From Oceanispirochaeta sp. (GTDB taxonomy: Bacteria; Spirochaetota; Spirochaetia; DSM-2461): a stretch of DNA of 64,000 nucleotides. Shown here one piece after another: positions 19,881 through 29,980 of the stretch (position 1 is its first letter; every line of letters begins with the position of its first letter). Under the pieces are notes generated by a model. That model saw nothing but the letters and a program-made list of their open reading frames with translations. It was not told the origin of the DNA and ran no database searches. The translations under genes and the position numbers were made by a program. Location: assembly GCA_963666275.2 (NCBI GenBank), contig CAXXOA010000001.1, positions 1,120,001 to 1,184,000 of the forward strand, in the 5' to 3' direction.

Positions 19881-22043
19881 GTGAAAAAAAGACTCGTAAC
19901 TTCTGCATTACCCTATGTAAATAACATTCCCCATCTGGGAAATATCATACAAGTTCTCTCTGCTGATGTTTTTGCCCGTTTCTGCCGCCAGGCGGGGTAT
20001 GAAACCCTGTATGTCTGCGGAACCGATGAATACGGGACGGCAACAGAAACCAAGGCTCTGGAAGAGGGGGTTTCCCCCCGGGAACTGTGCGACCGGTTCA
20101 ACAAGATCCATACGGAGATCTATGAATGGTTCAATATCAATTTCGACTATTTCGGACGCACATCCACCCCTCAGCAGACCGAGATTGTCCAGCATCTGTT
20201 TAAAAAGATCGATGACGCCGGACTGATCAATGAGAAAACCATCGAACAGCTCTACTGCAACAGCTGCGACCGCTTTCTGGCGGACCGCTATGTCCATGGA
20301 ATCTGTCCCCACTGCGGCAGTGAACATGCCAGAGGAGACCAGTGCGAGGACTGCGGGAAGCTCCTGGAACCCACAGAGCTGGAAAGCCCCCGCTGCGGAA
20401 CCTGCGGAGCCACTCCGGAAGTGAAAAGCACCAAACACCTCTATATCGATCTGCCCGGTGTTCTTCCCAAACTGGAAGCCTGGATGGAGAAAGCTTCGGT
20501 AGACGGATTCTGGGCGCGCAACGCCATCCAGATGACGAAAAGCTGGATCCGGGACGGTTTGAAGGAAAGAGCTATTACCAGAGACCTGAAATGGGGTATT
20601 CCTGTTCCCAAAGAGGGATTCGAAGACAAAGTTTTTTATGTTTGGTTCGATGCTCCCATCGGATACATCTCCATTTCCGCCTGTTATACGGAAAACTGGA
20701 AAGACTGGTGGCAGGATCCGGACAATACCGAGCTCTTTCAGTTTATAGGAAAGGACAACATTCCCTTTCATACTGTAATATTCCCTTCCACTCTGCTGGG
20801 AAGCGGTGAAAACTGGACCATGCTTCACCACATGTCCTCCAGTGAATACCTGAACTATGAAAATACCAAATTTTCCAAGAGCAAAGGCGTCGGGGTTTTC
20901 GGGAACGACTGTCAGGATACGGGAATTCCCGCCGATGTCTGGCGGTTCTACATCTTCTACAACAGACCGGAGAAGTCGGATACCCAGTTTACCTGGAGCG
21001 ACTTTCAGGACAAGGTCAACTCCGAGCTGATTGGTAACCTGGGCAACCTGGTAAACAGAACTCTGACATTTACAGGGCGCTTTTTTGACGGCAAACTGCC
21101 CCAGGGAAAAGTGGATGAAGAGTTCTGGAAGGAAGTCAAAGCCAGGGAGAAAGAGATCACAGCCAAACTGGACCGGGCCGAACTGAGGGATGCCTTCAAG
21201 GATATCCTTCATCTCAGCTCTCTGGGGAACAAGGCCTTTCAGGAAGGCGAACCCTGGAGAACCAGAAAGGACGATCCTGAAGCCGCGGCCTCTCTGCTTA
21301 TGAATCTGGTCTATCTTGTCAGAGACCTGGCAATCCTGGTGCATCCCTATATTCCCGAAACAGGCGACCGCATCGCCGCTCAGCTGGGTCTGAAAGATCT
21401 GCAGTGGGAACATCTGGCCCAGATGGAGGGGATCGATCAGATCGGGACTCCCGAAATCCTGTTTAAAAAACTGGAAGATGATTTTGTAGAGGAACTGAAA
21501 GTCCGCTTTTCGGGCAGTCAGAAAGAGAGAGCCCTGGCCGAAGAGGCTCCTTCTGTGGAAAAAGAGTTTAAAGAGACCATTGATCTGAGGGTGGCTAAAA
21601 TCCTTAAAGCCGAACAGCATCCGGATGCGGAGAAACTCTATGTTATCTCGCTGGATGCGGGAGAAGAGGAACCCAGGACCATCTGCAGCGGTCTGGTGGG
21701 ACACTATACCATTGATGAACTGAACGGAAAAAATATCATCCTGGCCTATAATCTGAAACCGGCAAAGCTGAGGGGAATCAAATCCAACGGTATGCTGCTG
21801 GCTGCGGAAAACAAAGAGGATATGGAAGTCATCTTTCCCGCATCGGGAAATCCCGGTGACCGTGTCCTTCTTTCCGGAGAAAAAGCGGATGCCCCTGTAC
21901 CGGGGAAAAAGATCAAGGTCGACCGTTTCTTTGAAATCCCCATCAGAGTGGAGGGGCATGAGGTCAAGGTAGGGGACACTGTCCTGACTATCGCAGGAGA
22001 TACTCTTAAAACCTCCCGTGTCGCTGACGGGGAAGTAGGCTGA
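19881..22043 (+). CDS. metG: methionine--tRNA ligase with C-terminal tRNA-binding domain
   Basis: SALPYVN..PHLGN, zinc knuckles, YVWFDA and KFSKS; C-terminal OB fold (HPDAEKLY, SNGMLLAA). GTG 19881 fits the AGAGG RBS better than TTG 19875. Confidence 0.98.
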   Translation: MKKRLVTSALPYVNNIPHLGNIIQVLSADVFARFCRQAGYETLYVCGTDEYGTATETKALEEGVSPRELCDRFNKIHTEIYEWFNINFDYFGRTSTPQQTEIVQHLFKKIDDAGLINEKTIEQLYCNSCDRFLADRYVHGICPHCGSEHARGDQCEDCGKLLEPTELESPRCGTCGATPEVKSTKHLYIDLPGVLPKLEAWMEKASVDGFWARNAIQMTKSWIRDGLKERAITRDLKWGIPVPKEGFEDKVFYVWFDAPIGYISISACYTENWKDWWQDPDNTELFQFIGKDNIPFHTVIFPSTLLGSGENWTMLHHMSSSEYLNYENTKFSKSKGVGVFGNDCQDTGIPADVWRFYIFYNRPEKSDTQFTWSDFQDKVNSELIGNLGNLVNRTLTFTGRFFDGKLPQGKVDEEFWKEVKAREKEITAKLDRAELRDAFKDILHLSSLGNKAFQEGEPWRTRKDDPEAAASLLMNLVYLVRDLAILVHPYIPETGDRIAAQLGLKDLQWEHLAQMEGIDQIGTPEILFKKLEDDFVEELKVRFSGSQKERALAEEAPSVEKEFKETIDLRVAKILKAEQHPDAEKLYVISLDAGEEEPRTICSGLVGHYTIDELNGKNIILAYNLKPAKLRGIKSNGMLLAAENKEDMEVIFPASGNPGDRVLLSGEKADAPVPGKKIKVDRFFEIPIRVEGHEVKVGDTVLTIAGDTLKTSRVADGEVG

Positions 22044-22049
22044 TCCTCC

Positions 22050-23123
22050 ATGCCTGTCATAGCTGAAAGGATCTCACTGGAAGAACTGGAACAGAAAGCC
22101 GGGCAGGATTCATCGCCTGTTTTTCTGCAGTCTGCACTCTGGGGCAGGCATAAGGCCTCTTTCGGCTGGAAACCTCTGCCTGTCAAATGGCGCCGGGGCG
22201 AAGAGTCGGGTGTTCTCCTTATTCTGACACGGGATCTTATCCCCGGTATTTCCCTGGCCTATGTTCCCCACGGCCCTTCCTCCGAAGCAGGAAGGGAGGA
22301 TCGGGAACTCTTCCTTATGGAACTTTCCCGGGAGCTCCGGGGAGTTCTGCCTCTGGGCTGTTTTTTTATCCGCTTTGATCTTCCCGACTATGCGGTAGCA
22401 GAGGAAGAGCCGGAAAAATTGGATAAACCATTTGTAAAGGCGCCTCTGGATATACAGCCTCCCGATACGGTGGTTCTGGATCTGAAAGCGGCTTCCGCCT
22501 CGGAGGATCCTCAGGGGCAGCTTCTGGGGCAGATGCATAAAAAAACACGTTACAATATCCGTCTGGCCGAAAAAAAGGGTGTTACTGTGAAAGTTTCGGG
22601 CGGGGAAAAGCTGCGGGACTGGTACGGCCTGTATGAAACCACCGCTGCGAGAGACAGGATCGCTATCCATCCTTTTTCCTACTACCACAGGCTTTTTGAA
22701 CTTGTAGAGTCCGGAAGCGACAGGGATCCCATGGAACTGAAGCTCCTTCTGGCCTATTCTCCTGATCAGGAACTCCTGGCCGGGATCATCGTTCTTTTCC
22801 GGGGAGGAGAGTCGGTCTATCTCTACGGTGCCTCTTCCAATGAAAACCGTCAGCTGATGCCCAACTATGCCCTTCAGTGGGAGGCCCTGAAAATGGCCCT
22901 TGAAAGAGGGTGTACAGAGTACGATCTTTTCGGGATTCCCCCCACGGCAGATCCGGCCCATCCCATGCACGGCCTCTACCGTATGAAAACGGGATTCGGA
23001 GGAGAGATCAGGCACCGTCCGGGAGCCTGGGACTTTCCCTACAGCCGGCTCCTTTACACAGCCTATAAACTCCTGGAAGCCGCACGCCGCTACTATTACA
23101 AAAACTGGAAAAAACGCCGCTGA
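22050..23123 (+). CDS. FemAB/FemX-family peptidoglycan aminoacyltransferase
   Basis: FLQSALWGRHK, YVPHGP, KTRYNIRLAEKKGV, YLYGASS, YDLFGI and GLYRMKTGFGG. Confidence 0.9.
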   Translation: MPVIAERISLEELEQKAGQDSSPVFLQSALWGRHKASFGWKPLPVKWRRGEESGVLLILTRDLIPGISLAYVPHGPSSEAGREDRELFLMELSRELRGVLPLGCFFIRFDLPDYAVAEEEPEKLDKPFVKAPLDIQPPDTVVLDLKAASASEDPQGQLLGQMHKKTRYNIRLAEKKGVTVKVSGGEKLRDWYGLYETTAARDRIAIHPFSYYHRLFELVESGSDRDPMELKLLLAYSPDQELLAGIIVLFRGGESVYLYGASSNENRQLMPNYALQWEALKMALERGCTEYDLFGIPPTADPAHPMHGLYRMKTGFGGEIRHRPGAWDFPYSRLLYTAYKLLEAARRYYYKNWKKRR

Positions 23124-23295
23124 TTTTATTTTCATTTTCTCCTGTGAGGGTTTATAATTGACTCCGGAATCTGATTGATTAATCAATTAAATAATGACAG
23201 TCAGGAGAAGAATCTTTTTGCACCGGATCCTTTCCTTTTCTATGATTAATAGAGAGAGTCGGCTGTCTGAGATTGATCGCCCAAGGAGTTGAATC

Positions 23296-25059
23296 GTGTC
23301 AGTTAAAAAGAAAAACCCTGTCCCTTCGGATCTGGAAATTGCCCAGTCTGCGGCAATTGTTCCCATAGAGTCCATAGGAAAAAAGTTTCATCTCGAAAAA
23401 GAGGATATGATCCTTTACGGTGATACCAAGGCAAAAATTAAACTGGACGCCCTGAGCCGTCTGGAAAGCCTGCCGAAAGCCAGGTATATCGATGTCACTG
23501 CCATCACACCCACACCCCTGGGAGAAGGAAAGACAACCACCACCGTGGGACTCACCGAAGGGCTGGCCTATAACGGGCATAAAGCGCTGTGTGCCATCAG
23601 ACAGCCTTCCATGGGACCCACCTTCGGTATAAAGGGTGGAGCTGCCGGCGGAGGGTACAGTCAGGTTGTTCCCATGGAGGAGTTCAACCTCCATCTTACC
23701 GGTGATATCCATGCGGTGGGAGCCGCCCACAATCTGGGATCCGCCGGGATCGATGCCCGGATCTACCATGAAGGACGCTGGAGCGATGCCTTCCTGGAAA
23801 AGCAGGGAATCAGAAGGCTCGATCCCGATCCCTATCAGATCCTCTGGAGACGGGTCCTGGATATGAACGACCGGAGTCTGCGGAACATTATGACAGGTAT
23901 GGGCGAAATGGGGGACGGCCCTCTCCGTCAGACCGGTTTTGATATTACTGTGGCCAGCGAACTCATGGCCATCCTGGCCCTGGCAAAAAATCTGAAAGAC
24001 CTGAGAGAGAGGATTGGCCGGATGGTCATGGCGCTGGACAGGAAGGGGAATCCCCTGACGGCAGAAGATTTCGGTCTGGCCGGTGCCATGACTGTCCTTC
24101 TGAAAGATGCACTCATGCCCAACCTGATGCAGACCATGGAGGAGCAGGGGGCCCTGGTCCATACAGGCCCCTTTGCCAATATCGCCCATGGAAACTCTTC
24201 GGTCATTGCCGATTATATGGGGATCCGGATGGGGGATTATCTTGTGACCGAATCCGGTTTCGGAGCGGACGTGGGGATGGAAAAATTCTTCCATATCAAA
24301 TGCCGCAGCTCCAGTCTGGTGCCTGATGCGGTTGTCATGGTCGCGACAGTTCGGGCTCTGAAAATGCACGGCGGCGGTCCGGCTGTAAAACCGGGAAAAC
24401 CCCTGGATCCCGTATACAGGGATAAAAACCTGGAGCTTCTTAAAAAGGGATGCGGCAATCTGGCCTATCAGATCGCCCTGGCGGGAAAGTTCGGTGTCCC
24501 CGTGGTGGTGGCTATTAACGTTTTCCCCACTGATGATCCTCAGGAGTGGGAACTTATCCGGCAGGAGGCCCTGAAGGCCGGGGCTCTTGATGCGGTGGTC
24601 TCCCGGCACTGGGAAAAGGGCGGCGAAGGTTCTTCGGACCTGGCCAGAGTGGTGGAAAAGGCCGCAGAGGAGGGATCCCGTTTCAATTATCTCTATGATC
24701 TGGAGATCCCTGTGAAAGAAAAGATCGATATCCTGGCCAGGGAGGTCTACGGCGCCGGAAAGGTGGAGTACTCCCGGGAAGCCCGGAAAAAGATAGACAG
24801 CTACGAAGGTATGGGATACGGAGGCCTGCCCATCTGCATGGCCAAAACCCAGTACTCCATATCCCACGATCCGGAAATCAAGAATGTTCCCCCTTCCGGG
24901 TATACCTTCCCTGTGCAGGATCTGCGGCTCAGTGCGGGGGCCGGATTCATCTATCCTCTGGCGGGGGATATCCGAACCATGCCGGGACTGGGAAGCAAAC
25001 CGGCTTTCATGAATATGGATATCGATCCCGAATCCGGAGCCATAACAGGATTATTCTGA
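23296..25059 (+). CDS. fhs: formate--tetrahydrofolate ligase
   Basis: TPTPLGEGKTTTT, PTFGIKGGAAGGGYSQV, GPFANIAHG, ICMAKTQYS and TMPGL. Confidence 0.97.
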   Translation: MSVKKKNPVPSDLEIAQSAAIVPIESIGKKFHLEKEDMILYGDTKAKIKLDALSRLESLPKARYIDVTAITPTPLGEGKTTTTVGLTEGLAYNGHKALCAIRQPSMGPTFGIKGGAAGGGYSQVVPMEEFNLHLTGDIHAVGAAHNLGSAGIDARIYHEGRWSDAFLEKQGIRRLDPDPYQILWRRVLDMNDRSLRNIMTGMGEMGDGPLRQTGFDITVASELMAILALAKNLKDLRERIGRMVMALDRKGNPLTAEDFGLAGAMTVLLKDALMPNLMQTMEEQGALVHTGPFANIAHGNSSVIADYMGIRMGDYLVTESGFGADVGMEKFFHIKCRSSSLVPDAVVMVATVRALKMHGGGPAVKPGKPLDPVYRDKNLELLKKGCGNLAYQIALAGKFGVPVVVAINVFPTDDPQEWELIRQEALKAGALDAVVSRHWEKGGEGSSDLARVVEKAAEEGSRFNYLYDLEIPVKEKIDILAREVYGAGKVEYSREARKKIDSYEGMGYGGLPICMAKTQYSISHDPEIKNVPPSGYTFPVQDLRLSAGAGFIYPLAGDIRTMPGLGSKPAFMNMDIDPESGAITGLF

Positions 25060-25115
25060 TCTTATCCCCCAAGGCGAGCAGGGAATTATTCTCATTCCAA
25101 TGCCCCCCCCCCCTT

Positions 25116-25344
25116 GTACAGACGCGATTTATCGCGTCTCCCAGAATTCCCCCGCATCTCAGCCAACCCTCACCCCTTAATCCCCTCTCCCAAGAGGAGA
25201 GGGGGAATCTTTTGATAATCTTATCTCCCTCGCCTTGTGGGAGAGGGGCCGGGGGTGAGGGTTGAAAAAGGAGAGGGAAAAGGCATAAGGCTGTGCAGAA
25301 GAAGGGATTGTATCTGGGGGAGGCGCGATGAATCGCGTCTGTAC
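25116..25344. repeat. nested palindromic intergenic element: inverted pair of REP-like units around a BoxC/CIR-like unit
   Basis: GTACAGACGCGATTTATCGCGTCTCCC (25116-25142) and its near-inverse GGGAGGCGCGATGAATCGCGTCTGTAC (ending 25344) flank CAACCCTCACCCC..CCCCTCTCCC / GGGAGAGGGG..GGGGTGAGGGTTG (25164-25264). Confidence 0.8.
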
Positions 25345-25451
25345 CTAGATGGGGAAAGGAGAGGGGGAAATGGGATCCTCGGGAATAATGGCAAAAGAGA
25401 AATATTTAATAAAAAGCGATCAGGCATGATGGCCTTTCCGCATTGCAAAAA

Positions 25452-25946
25452 TCACCACTTGAGCCGGTGCAGCTCTCCCTCTGATTCGAGGCCGTGGAAT
25501 TCCTGCTGCTTCAGGGCTTCGTAGGAGACGATCGCTACAGCATTGGAAAGGTTTAGAGAGCGGATTCTGTTTTTCATGGGGATCCGGATACAGCTGTCGG
25601 GATGATCCTTCAGGAGCTCCTCGGGTAATCCTGCCGATTCTTTTCCGAAAATAAGATAGGAACCGGATGGGTAGTGGACATCCGCATAGGTCTGTCTGGC
25701 TTTGGTGGTGCAGAAAAAATAGGGGCCTTTGGTATTCTGTTCAAAGAAATCCTCCATGCTTGCGTAGACAAACAGGGAGAGATGGGCCCAGTAATCCAGT
25801 CCGGCTCTTCTGACAGCTTTCTCATCAATCGAAAAACCCAGGGGCTCTATGAGATGGAGAGCTGCTCCCGTTGCGGCGCAGGTCCGGGCAATGTTCCCTG
25901 TATTCTGGGGGATTTCTGGTTCATGGAGGACGATATTCAAACTCAT
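25452..25946 (-). CDS. trmL: tRNA (cytidine/uridine-34 2'-O)-methyltransferase
   Basis: PEIPQNTGNIARTC, RRAGLDYW, FGKESAGLP and RSLNLSN SPOUT motifs. Confidence 0.95.
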   Translation of the reverse strand: MSLNIVLHEPEIPQNTGNIARTCAATGAALHLIEPLGFSIDEKAVRRAGLDYWAHLSLFVYASMEDFFEQNTKGPYFFCTTKARQTYADVHYPSGSYLIFGKESAGLPEELLKDHPDSCIRIPMKNRIRSLNLSNAVAIVSYEALKQQEFHGLESEGELHRLKW

Positions 25947-25958
25947 CCGGTTCTCCTT

Positions 25959-27980
25959 CTACAGGTTGGCGAATTTCTGGACATTCAGAATGTCCGGGAT
26001 GGAACGGATGCTTTTGGCTATTTTCTTAAAATCTTCCGAACGGTTCATCTCTACAGTAAAGAAACCTTCCAGATCTCCTCTGTCGGTTTCGCTTATGCTT
26101 CCGGAAATCAGGTGTCCCTGGTATTTCCGGATGGCTCCTTCTATTTCAGAAAAGAGATCGGGTACATTTCTGGCCATAACCCGGAATCTCTGGGTGGCTC
26201 TGTTGGAGTAGTTCTCCCAGGTGACTTCAATCTTCCTGTTTTCAAACTCATTGATTCCCTTGAGATTCTTGCAGTCCGCCTTGTGCACTATGATTCCCCG
26301 TCCCCGGGAGACGAAACCGATGATTCTGTCCCCGGGAGTCGGGTTGCAGCACTGGGCCAGACGGATCATCACATTGCGCTCATTGTCGATGCTGACGCCC
26401 ACTTTGGTGGTATCCACCATCTGATTGGACGGGGCTTTGGCGGCGTGGGGAGGATTTTTCTTCTTCTCCTGCATGGCCGGTTTCTTGGCTACCACATGAC
26501 GGTCTATGATCACATCGCTGTCATGCCTGTTCAGCCAGTTCCGGATCTTTGAACGGGCCCTTGTGGTTTTCACAAACCGGAGCCAGTTCAGATGGGGATG
26601 GGCATTGGCGGAAGTCTGAATGGAAACGGTCTGAGTATTCCTCAGGGGCTTATTCAAAGGGATGATCATGTCATCCGCTTTGGCGCTCAAACAGTGGTCT
26701 CCCACCTCGGAATGGATATGATAGGCGAAATCTACGGCGGTGGATCCCCTGGGAAGTTCAAAGGTGTCTCCATTGGGAGTGAACACGAAAATGGTATCCG
26801 AAAGGACATCCTTTTTCAGGCTGTCCATGAAATCGCCTGTGTTATAGGGTTCGCTGTTGATATCCTTCAGCTTCTGAAGAAGGTTCTGATTGAACGGATC
26901 CAGTTCGGTTCCGTTCTTTCCCTCTTTATAGGCCCAGTGGGCGGCTATCCCGTACTCGGCGGTTTCATCCATATCATAGGTTCTGATCTGAATTTCCAGC
27001 GGTTTGCCGATTCTTGTTATAACCGTGGTATGAAGGCTCTTGTAGCCGTTCTCCTTGGGCATGGCAATGTAGTCTTTGAACCGGCCCTCCAGGGGTTTGA
27101 AAAGATGGTGCACAAGACCCAGAAGGGTGTAGCATTCGGTGGTGGATTTACAGAGAATCCGGATGCCGAGAAAATCATAGATTTCATCAAGCTCCTTGCC
27201 CTTGGTTTTCATCTTCTGATAGATCGAGTAGAAGTGTTTGGCCCTGGTTTTGATGGTAAGCTCAATGCCCTCCTCATGGGCGCTTTCGTAGATCCGTCTT
27301 TCCACAGCCTTCAGAAAGTCGGCTCTCTGACCGCGTTTCTCACTGAGGAAGGCCTTGATCTCCCTGTAAATGTCAGGTTTGAGGAATTTCAGGGAGAGGT
27401 CCTCCAGCTCGGTTTTGATGGTATAGATACCAAGCTTGCCCGCCAGTGGCGCATAGATTTCCAGACACTCTCTGGCAATCCTCTTCTGTTTGTCCTCCCG
27501 CATGTACTGGAGGGTATTCATGTTATGCCGTTTATCAGCCAGTTTAATGAGGATGACCCGGATATCCTTATCCATGGCCAGGATCATTTTCCGGATGGTT
27601 TCCCGCTCCTGGACTGATTTGTTTTTGACATTGACTATATTGATTTTGGTAACGCCGTTGACAAGATGTTCCACATCCCGGCCGAATTTCTCGTAGATCT
27701 CCTGGCGGGTTACGATGGTGTCTTCAAGAACATCATGAAGCAGCGCTGCGGTGATGGCTGTGGCGTCAAGCTGCAGACCTATCAGAATCCTGGCCACATT
27801 GAGAGGGTGGATGATGTAGGGCTCACCACTGGCCCTCTTCTGGCCGTGATGAAGCTCCTGAGCCCAGTGAGCCGCACTCAGGATCACTTCCCGCTCGCTT
27901 TCACTGTAGTCGCTCAGAATCCTGGCAAAATCCAGTATGAGTTTTTCCACTTCCTCTTCGGTAACCAGTTTGGCTTTCAT
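25959..27980 (-). CDS. rel: long bifunctional (p)ppGpp synthetase/hydrolase (RelA/SpoT homologue)
   Basis: SGEPYIIHP, LLHDVLEDT (HD), RFKDYIAMPKENGYKSLHT, EIQIRT, TGS (VDFAYHIH), CCNP zinc finger and ACT domain. Confidence 0.96.
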   Translation of the reverse strand: MKAKLVTEEEVEKLILDFARILSDYSESEREVILSAAHWAQELHHGQKRASGEPYIIHPLNVARILIGLQLDATAITAALLHDVLEDTIVTRQEIYEKFGRDVEHLVNGVTKINIVNVKNKSVQERETIRKMILAMDKDIRVILIKLADKRHNMNTLQYMREDKQKRIARECLEIYAPLAGKLGIYTIKTELEDLSLKFLKPDIYREIKAFLSEKRGQRADFLKAVERRIYESAHEEGIELTIKTRAKHFYSIYQKMKTKGKELDEIYDFLGIRILCKSTTECYTLLGLVHHLFKPLEGRFKDYIAMPKENGYKSLHTTVITRIGKPLEIQIRTYDMDETAEYGIAAHWAYKEGKNGTELDPFNQNLLQKLKDINSEPYNTGDFMDSLKKDVLSDTIFVFTPNGDTFELPRGSTAVDFAYHIHSEVGDHCLSAKADDMIIPLNKPLRNTQTVSIQTSANAHPHLNWLRFVKTTRARSKIRNWLNRHDSDVIIDRHVVAKKPAMQEKKKNPPHAAKAPSNQMVDTTKVGVSIDNERNVMIRLAQCCNPTPGDRIIGFVSRGRGIIVHKADCKNLKGINEFENRKIEVTWENYSNRATQRFRVMARNVPDLFSEIEGAIRKYQGHLISGSISETDRGDLEGFFTVEMNRSEDFKKIAKSIRSIPDILNVQKFANL

Positions 27981-28828
27981 TCTGCTTTTATCCCGGTTAT
28001 TACTCTATCCCTATCGGCCAGGTCCTTCAAGATCTCTATCCGGGAGAACCCTGCCAGGGTCATCAGTTTTTTCATCTCTTCCATCTGGGGAGAGGCCGCT
28101 TCTATCATGAGCGTACCTGCGGGGGAGAGCCTTTCGAAGGCGCCGGGTATTATGGTGCGTATAAGATCGAGCCCGTCGTCCCCTCCGTCAAGAGCCAGTT
28201 CCGGCTCCTTCCATCCCTCTTCCATTCTTTCCGCCGTTTCGCTGCTTGTCAGATAGGGCGGGTTGGAGAGGATCAGGTCAAAAGGCCCGGAGAGCCCCTC
28301 GAACAGGGATGTCCTTGTAAATGCCACGTCACCGGGGGACCGGGAGACAGCGGTCAGCAGGGAATGCCTGTTGGCTGTAAAAACCTGTTCCGCCACTTCG
28401 GAAATATCCGACGCGGAGACCCTGAGAGAGGGCATTTCAAGGGCCATGGTCAATCCGATGCATCCGGTTCCCGTACAAAGATCGTGAACCTTCTGATTCT
28501 CTTTCCCCTCGAGAAAGGCGAGAGCCGCTTCCACAAGAATCTCCGTATCGGGACGGGGACAGAGGACTCCTTCCCTGATCTGAAAATCTCTGCCGAAGAA
28601 CTCTTTTTTTCCTGTCAGATAGGCCACAGGATGCCCCTGTTTCCGCTTTTCAAGGAGATCCCGGAATGCCTCCAGATCCCGGCTTTCCACAGGATCGGGA
28701 AAAGAAGCCAGCAGTTTCTCTCTGGTCACTCCCAGGATATGGCTCAGCAGAATTGTCCCGTCCAGCCAGGGAGACTGGGAATCTGTGAGTTCCCTGGACG
28801 CCGATGCCAGGGTCTCTCTTACGGTCAC
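27977..28828 (-). CDS. prmC: release factor glutamine methyltransferase
   Basis: PRPDTE, DLCTGTGCI and SNPPY; directly follows prfA. Confidence 0.95.
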   Translation of the reverse strand: MTVRETLASASRELTDSQSPWLDGTILLSHILGVTREKLLASFPDPVESRDLEAFRDLLEKRKQGHPVAYLTGKKEFFGRDFQIREGVLCPRPDTEILVEAALAFLEGKENQKVHDLCTGTGCIGLTMALEMPSLRVSASDISEVAEQVFTANRHSLLTAVSRSPGDVAFTRTSLFEGLSGPFDLILSNPPYLTSSETAERMEEGWKEPELALDGGDDGLDLIRTIIPGAFERLSPAGTLMIEAASPQMEEMKKLMTLAGFSRIEILKDLADRDRVITGIKAE

Positions 28829-28835
28829 GGGGATA

Positions 28836-29903
28836 CTACTCCTGGGTACTCAGGGCATCTTCCTGAGCACTGAGTTTAAGAGCATCAAAGACTTCATCCA
28901 GATGCCCCTGCATAACCGAATCAAGCTTGTAAAGGGTGAGATTTATCCTGTGGTCGGTGATCCTGTTCTGGGGAAAGTTGTAGGTCCTGATCCTTTCAGA
29001 CCTGTCGCCCGAGCCAACCTGACTCTTTCTGGCTTCCGCTCTTTCGGAGGCCTTCTTTTCCGCTTCCGCTTCCAGAAGACGGGACCGGAGAACTCTCAGG
29101 GCCTTGGCCTTGTTTTTGATCTGGGACTTTTCATCCTGACAGGTCACCACGAGACCGGTGGGAAGGTGGGTGATCCTCACAGCAGAGTCTGTTGTGTTGA
29201 CACTCTGTCCTCCCGGTCCGGAAGAGCGATAGACGTCTATTTTGAGATCCTCATTCCTGACTTCGATATCCGCATCCTCCGCTTCGGGAAGAACAGCCAC
29301 GGTAATGGCCGATGTATGGATCCGTCCTCCCGATTCGGTGGCAGGAACCCTCTGGACTCTGTGAACACCCGATTCATAGCGGAGATCCGCATAAACGCTC
29401 TTGCCGCTTATGGAGCATATGACTTCCTTGAATCCACCCAGCTCTATCTCGTTGGACGACATCATTTCCACTTTCCAGCCCTTGGTTTCGGCATAACGGG
29501 AGTACATCCGGTAGAGGTCCGCAGCAAAAAGGGCGGCTTCGTCTCCTCCGGTTCCCGCCCGGATTTCCATAATGATGTTTTTTCCGTCCAGAGGATCTTT
29601 GGGGACCATGAGCAGACGGATTTTCTGTTCCATCTGTTCTACAGACTCTTCCAGTTCCGCCGCCTCTTCCGACGCCAGTTCCTTCATTTCAGGATCTTTT
29701 TCACTGCCTATAAGCTCTCTGGCATCGGCCAGATCCCCCAGCATCTGCTCATACTCCTTTCCGGCTTCCATGATTTCCGAGAGGTGAGTGTATTCCTGCA
29801 TGATGGATTTATATTTCTTCTGATCCTTCACCAGATCCGGATCAGCGATCATTTTGGACAGTTCATTGAATCGGCCTTTAAGGCCTTCCAGTTTCTTAAG
29901 CAT
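28836..29903 (-). CDS. prfA: peptide chain release factor 1
   Basis: [16 protein letters not shown] (PxT motif), GPGGQSVN and RIRTYNFPQ. Confidence 0.98.
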   Translation of the reverse strand: MLKKLEGLKGRFNELSKMIADPDLVKDQKKYKSIMQEYTHLSEIMEAGKEYEQMLGDLADARELIGSEKDPEMKELASEEAAELEESVEQMEQKIRLLMVPKDPLDGKNIIMEIRAGTGGDEAALFAADLYRMYSRYAETKGWKVEMMSSNEIELGGFKEVICSISGKSVYADLRYESGVHRVQRVPATESGGRIHTSAITVAVLPEAEDADIEVRNEDLKIDVYRSSGPGGQSVNTTDSAVRITHLPTGLVVTCQDEKSQIKNKAKALRVLRSRLLEAEAEKKASERAEARKSQVGSGDRSERIRTYNFPQNRITDHRINLTLYKLDSVMQGHLDEVFDALKLSAQEDALSTQE

Positions 29904-29980
29904 TCTTGTCTCCCTTACGGCCCGGTGAAGGCCTGGTAAAAACCTTTTATATCAGAATTTACGGGTGTTCGCAAGTGAGA

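Noticed and set aside
19908..21959. 683-aa antisense ORF over metG, and similar long antisense ORFs over pfkB, ftsH, femAB, fhs, rel, prfA, pelF/G and the TPR gene
   Set aside because: They are shadow frames of well-supported genes and have no recognisable motifs.
23124..23295. THF or ZTP riboswitch upstream of fhs
   Set aside because: No consensus elements recognised; an Rfam scan would settle it.
25103..25113. C11 homopolymer, and shorter G runs in feoB and the NatA-like gene, as phase-variation tracts
   Set aside because: The C run lies between convergent 3' ends, and the coding runs are short and in frame.
25221..25524. Short ORFs on both strands in the fhs-trmL spacer, or a CRISPR-like reading of the repeats
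   Set aside because: The ORFs are low-complexity translations of the palindromes, and the repeats are inverted rather than direct repeats with spacers.
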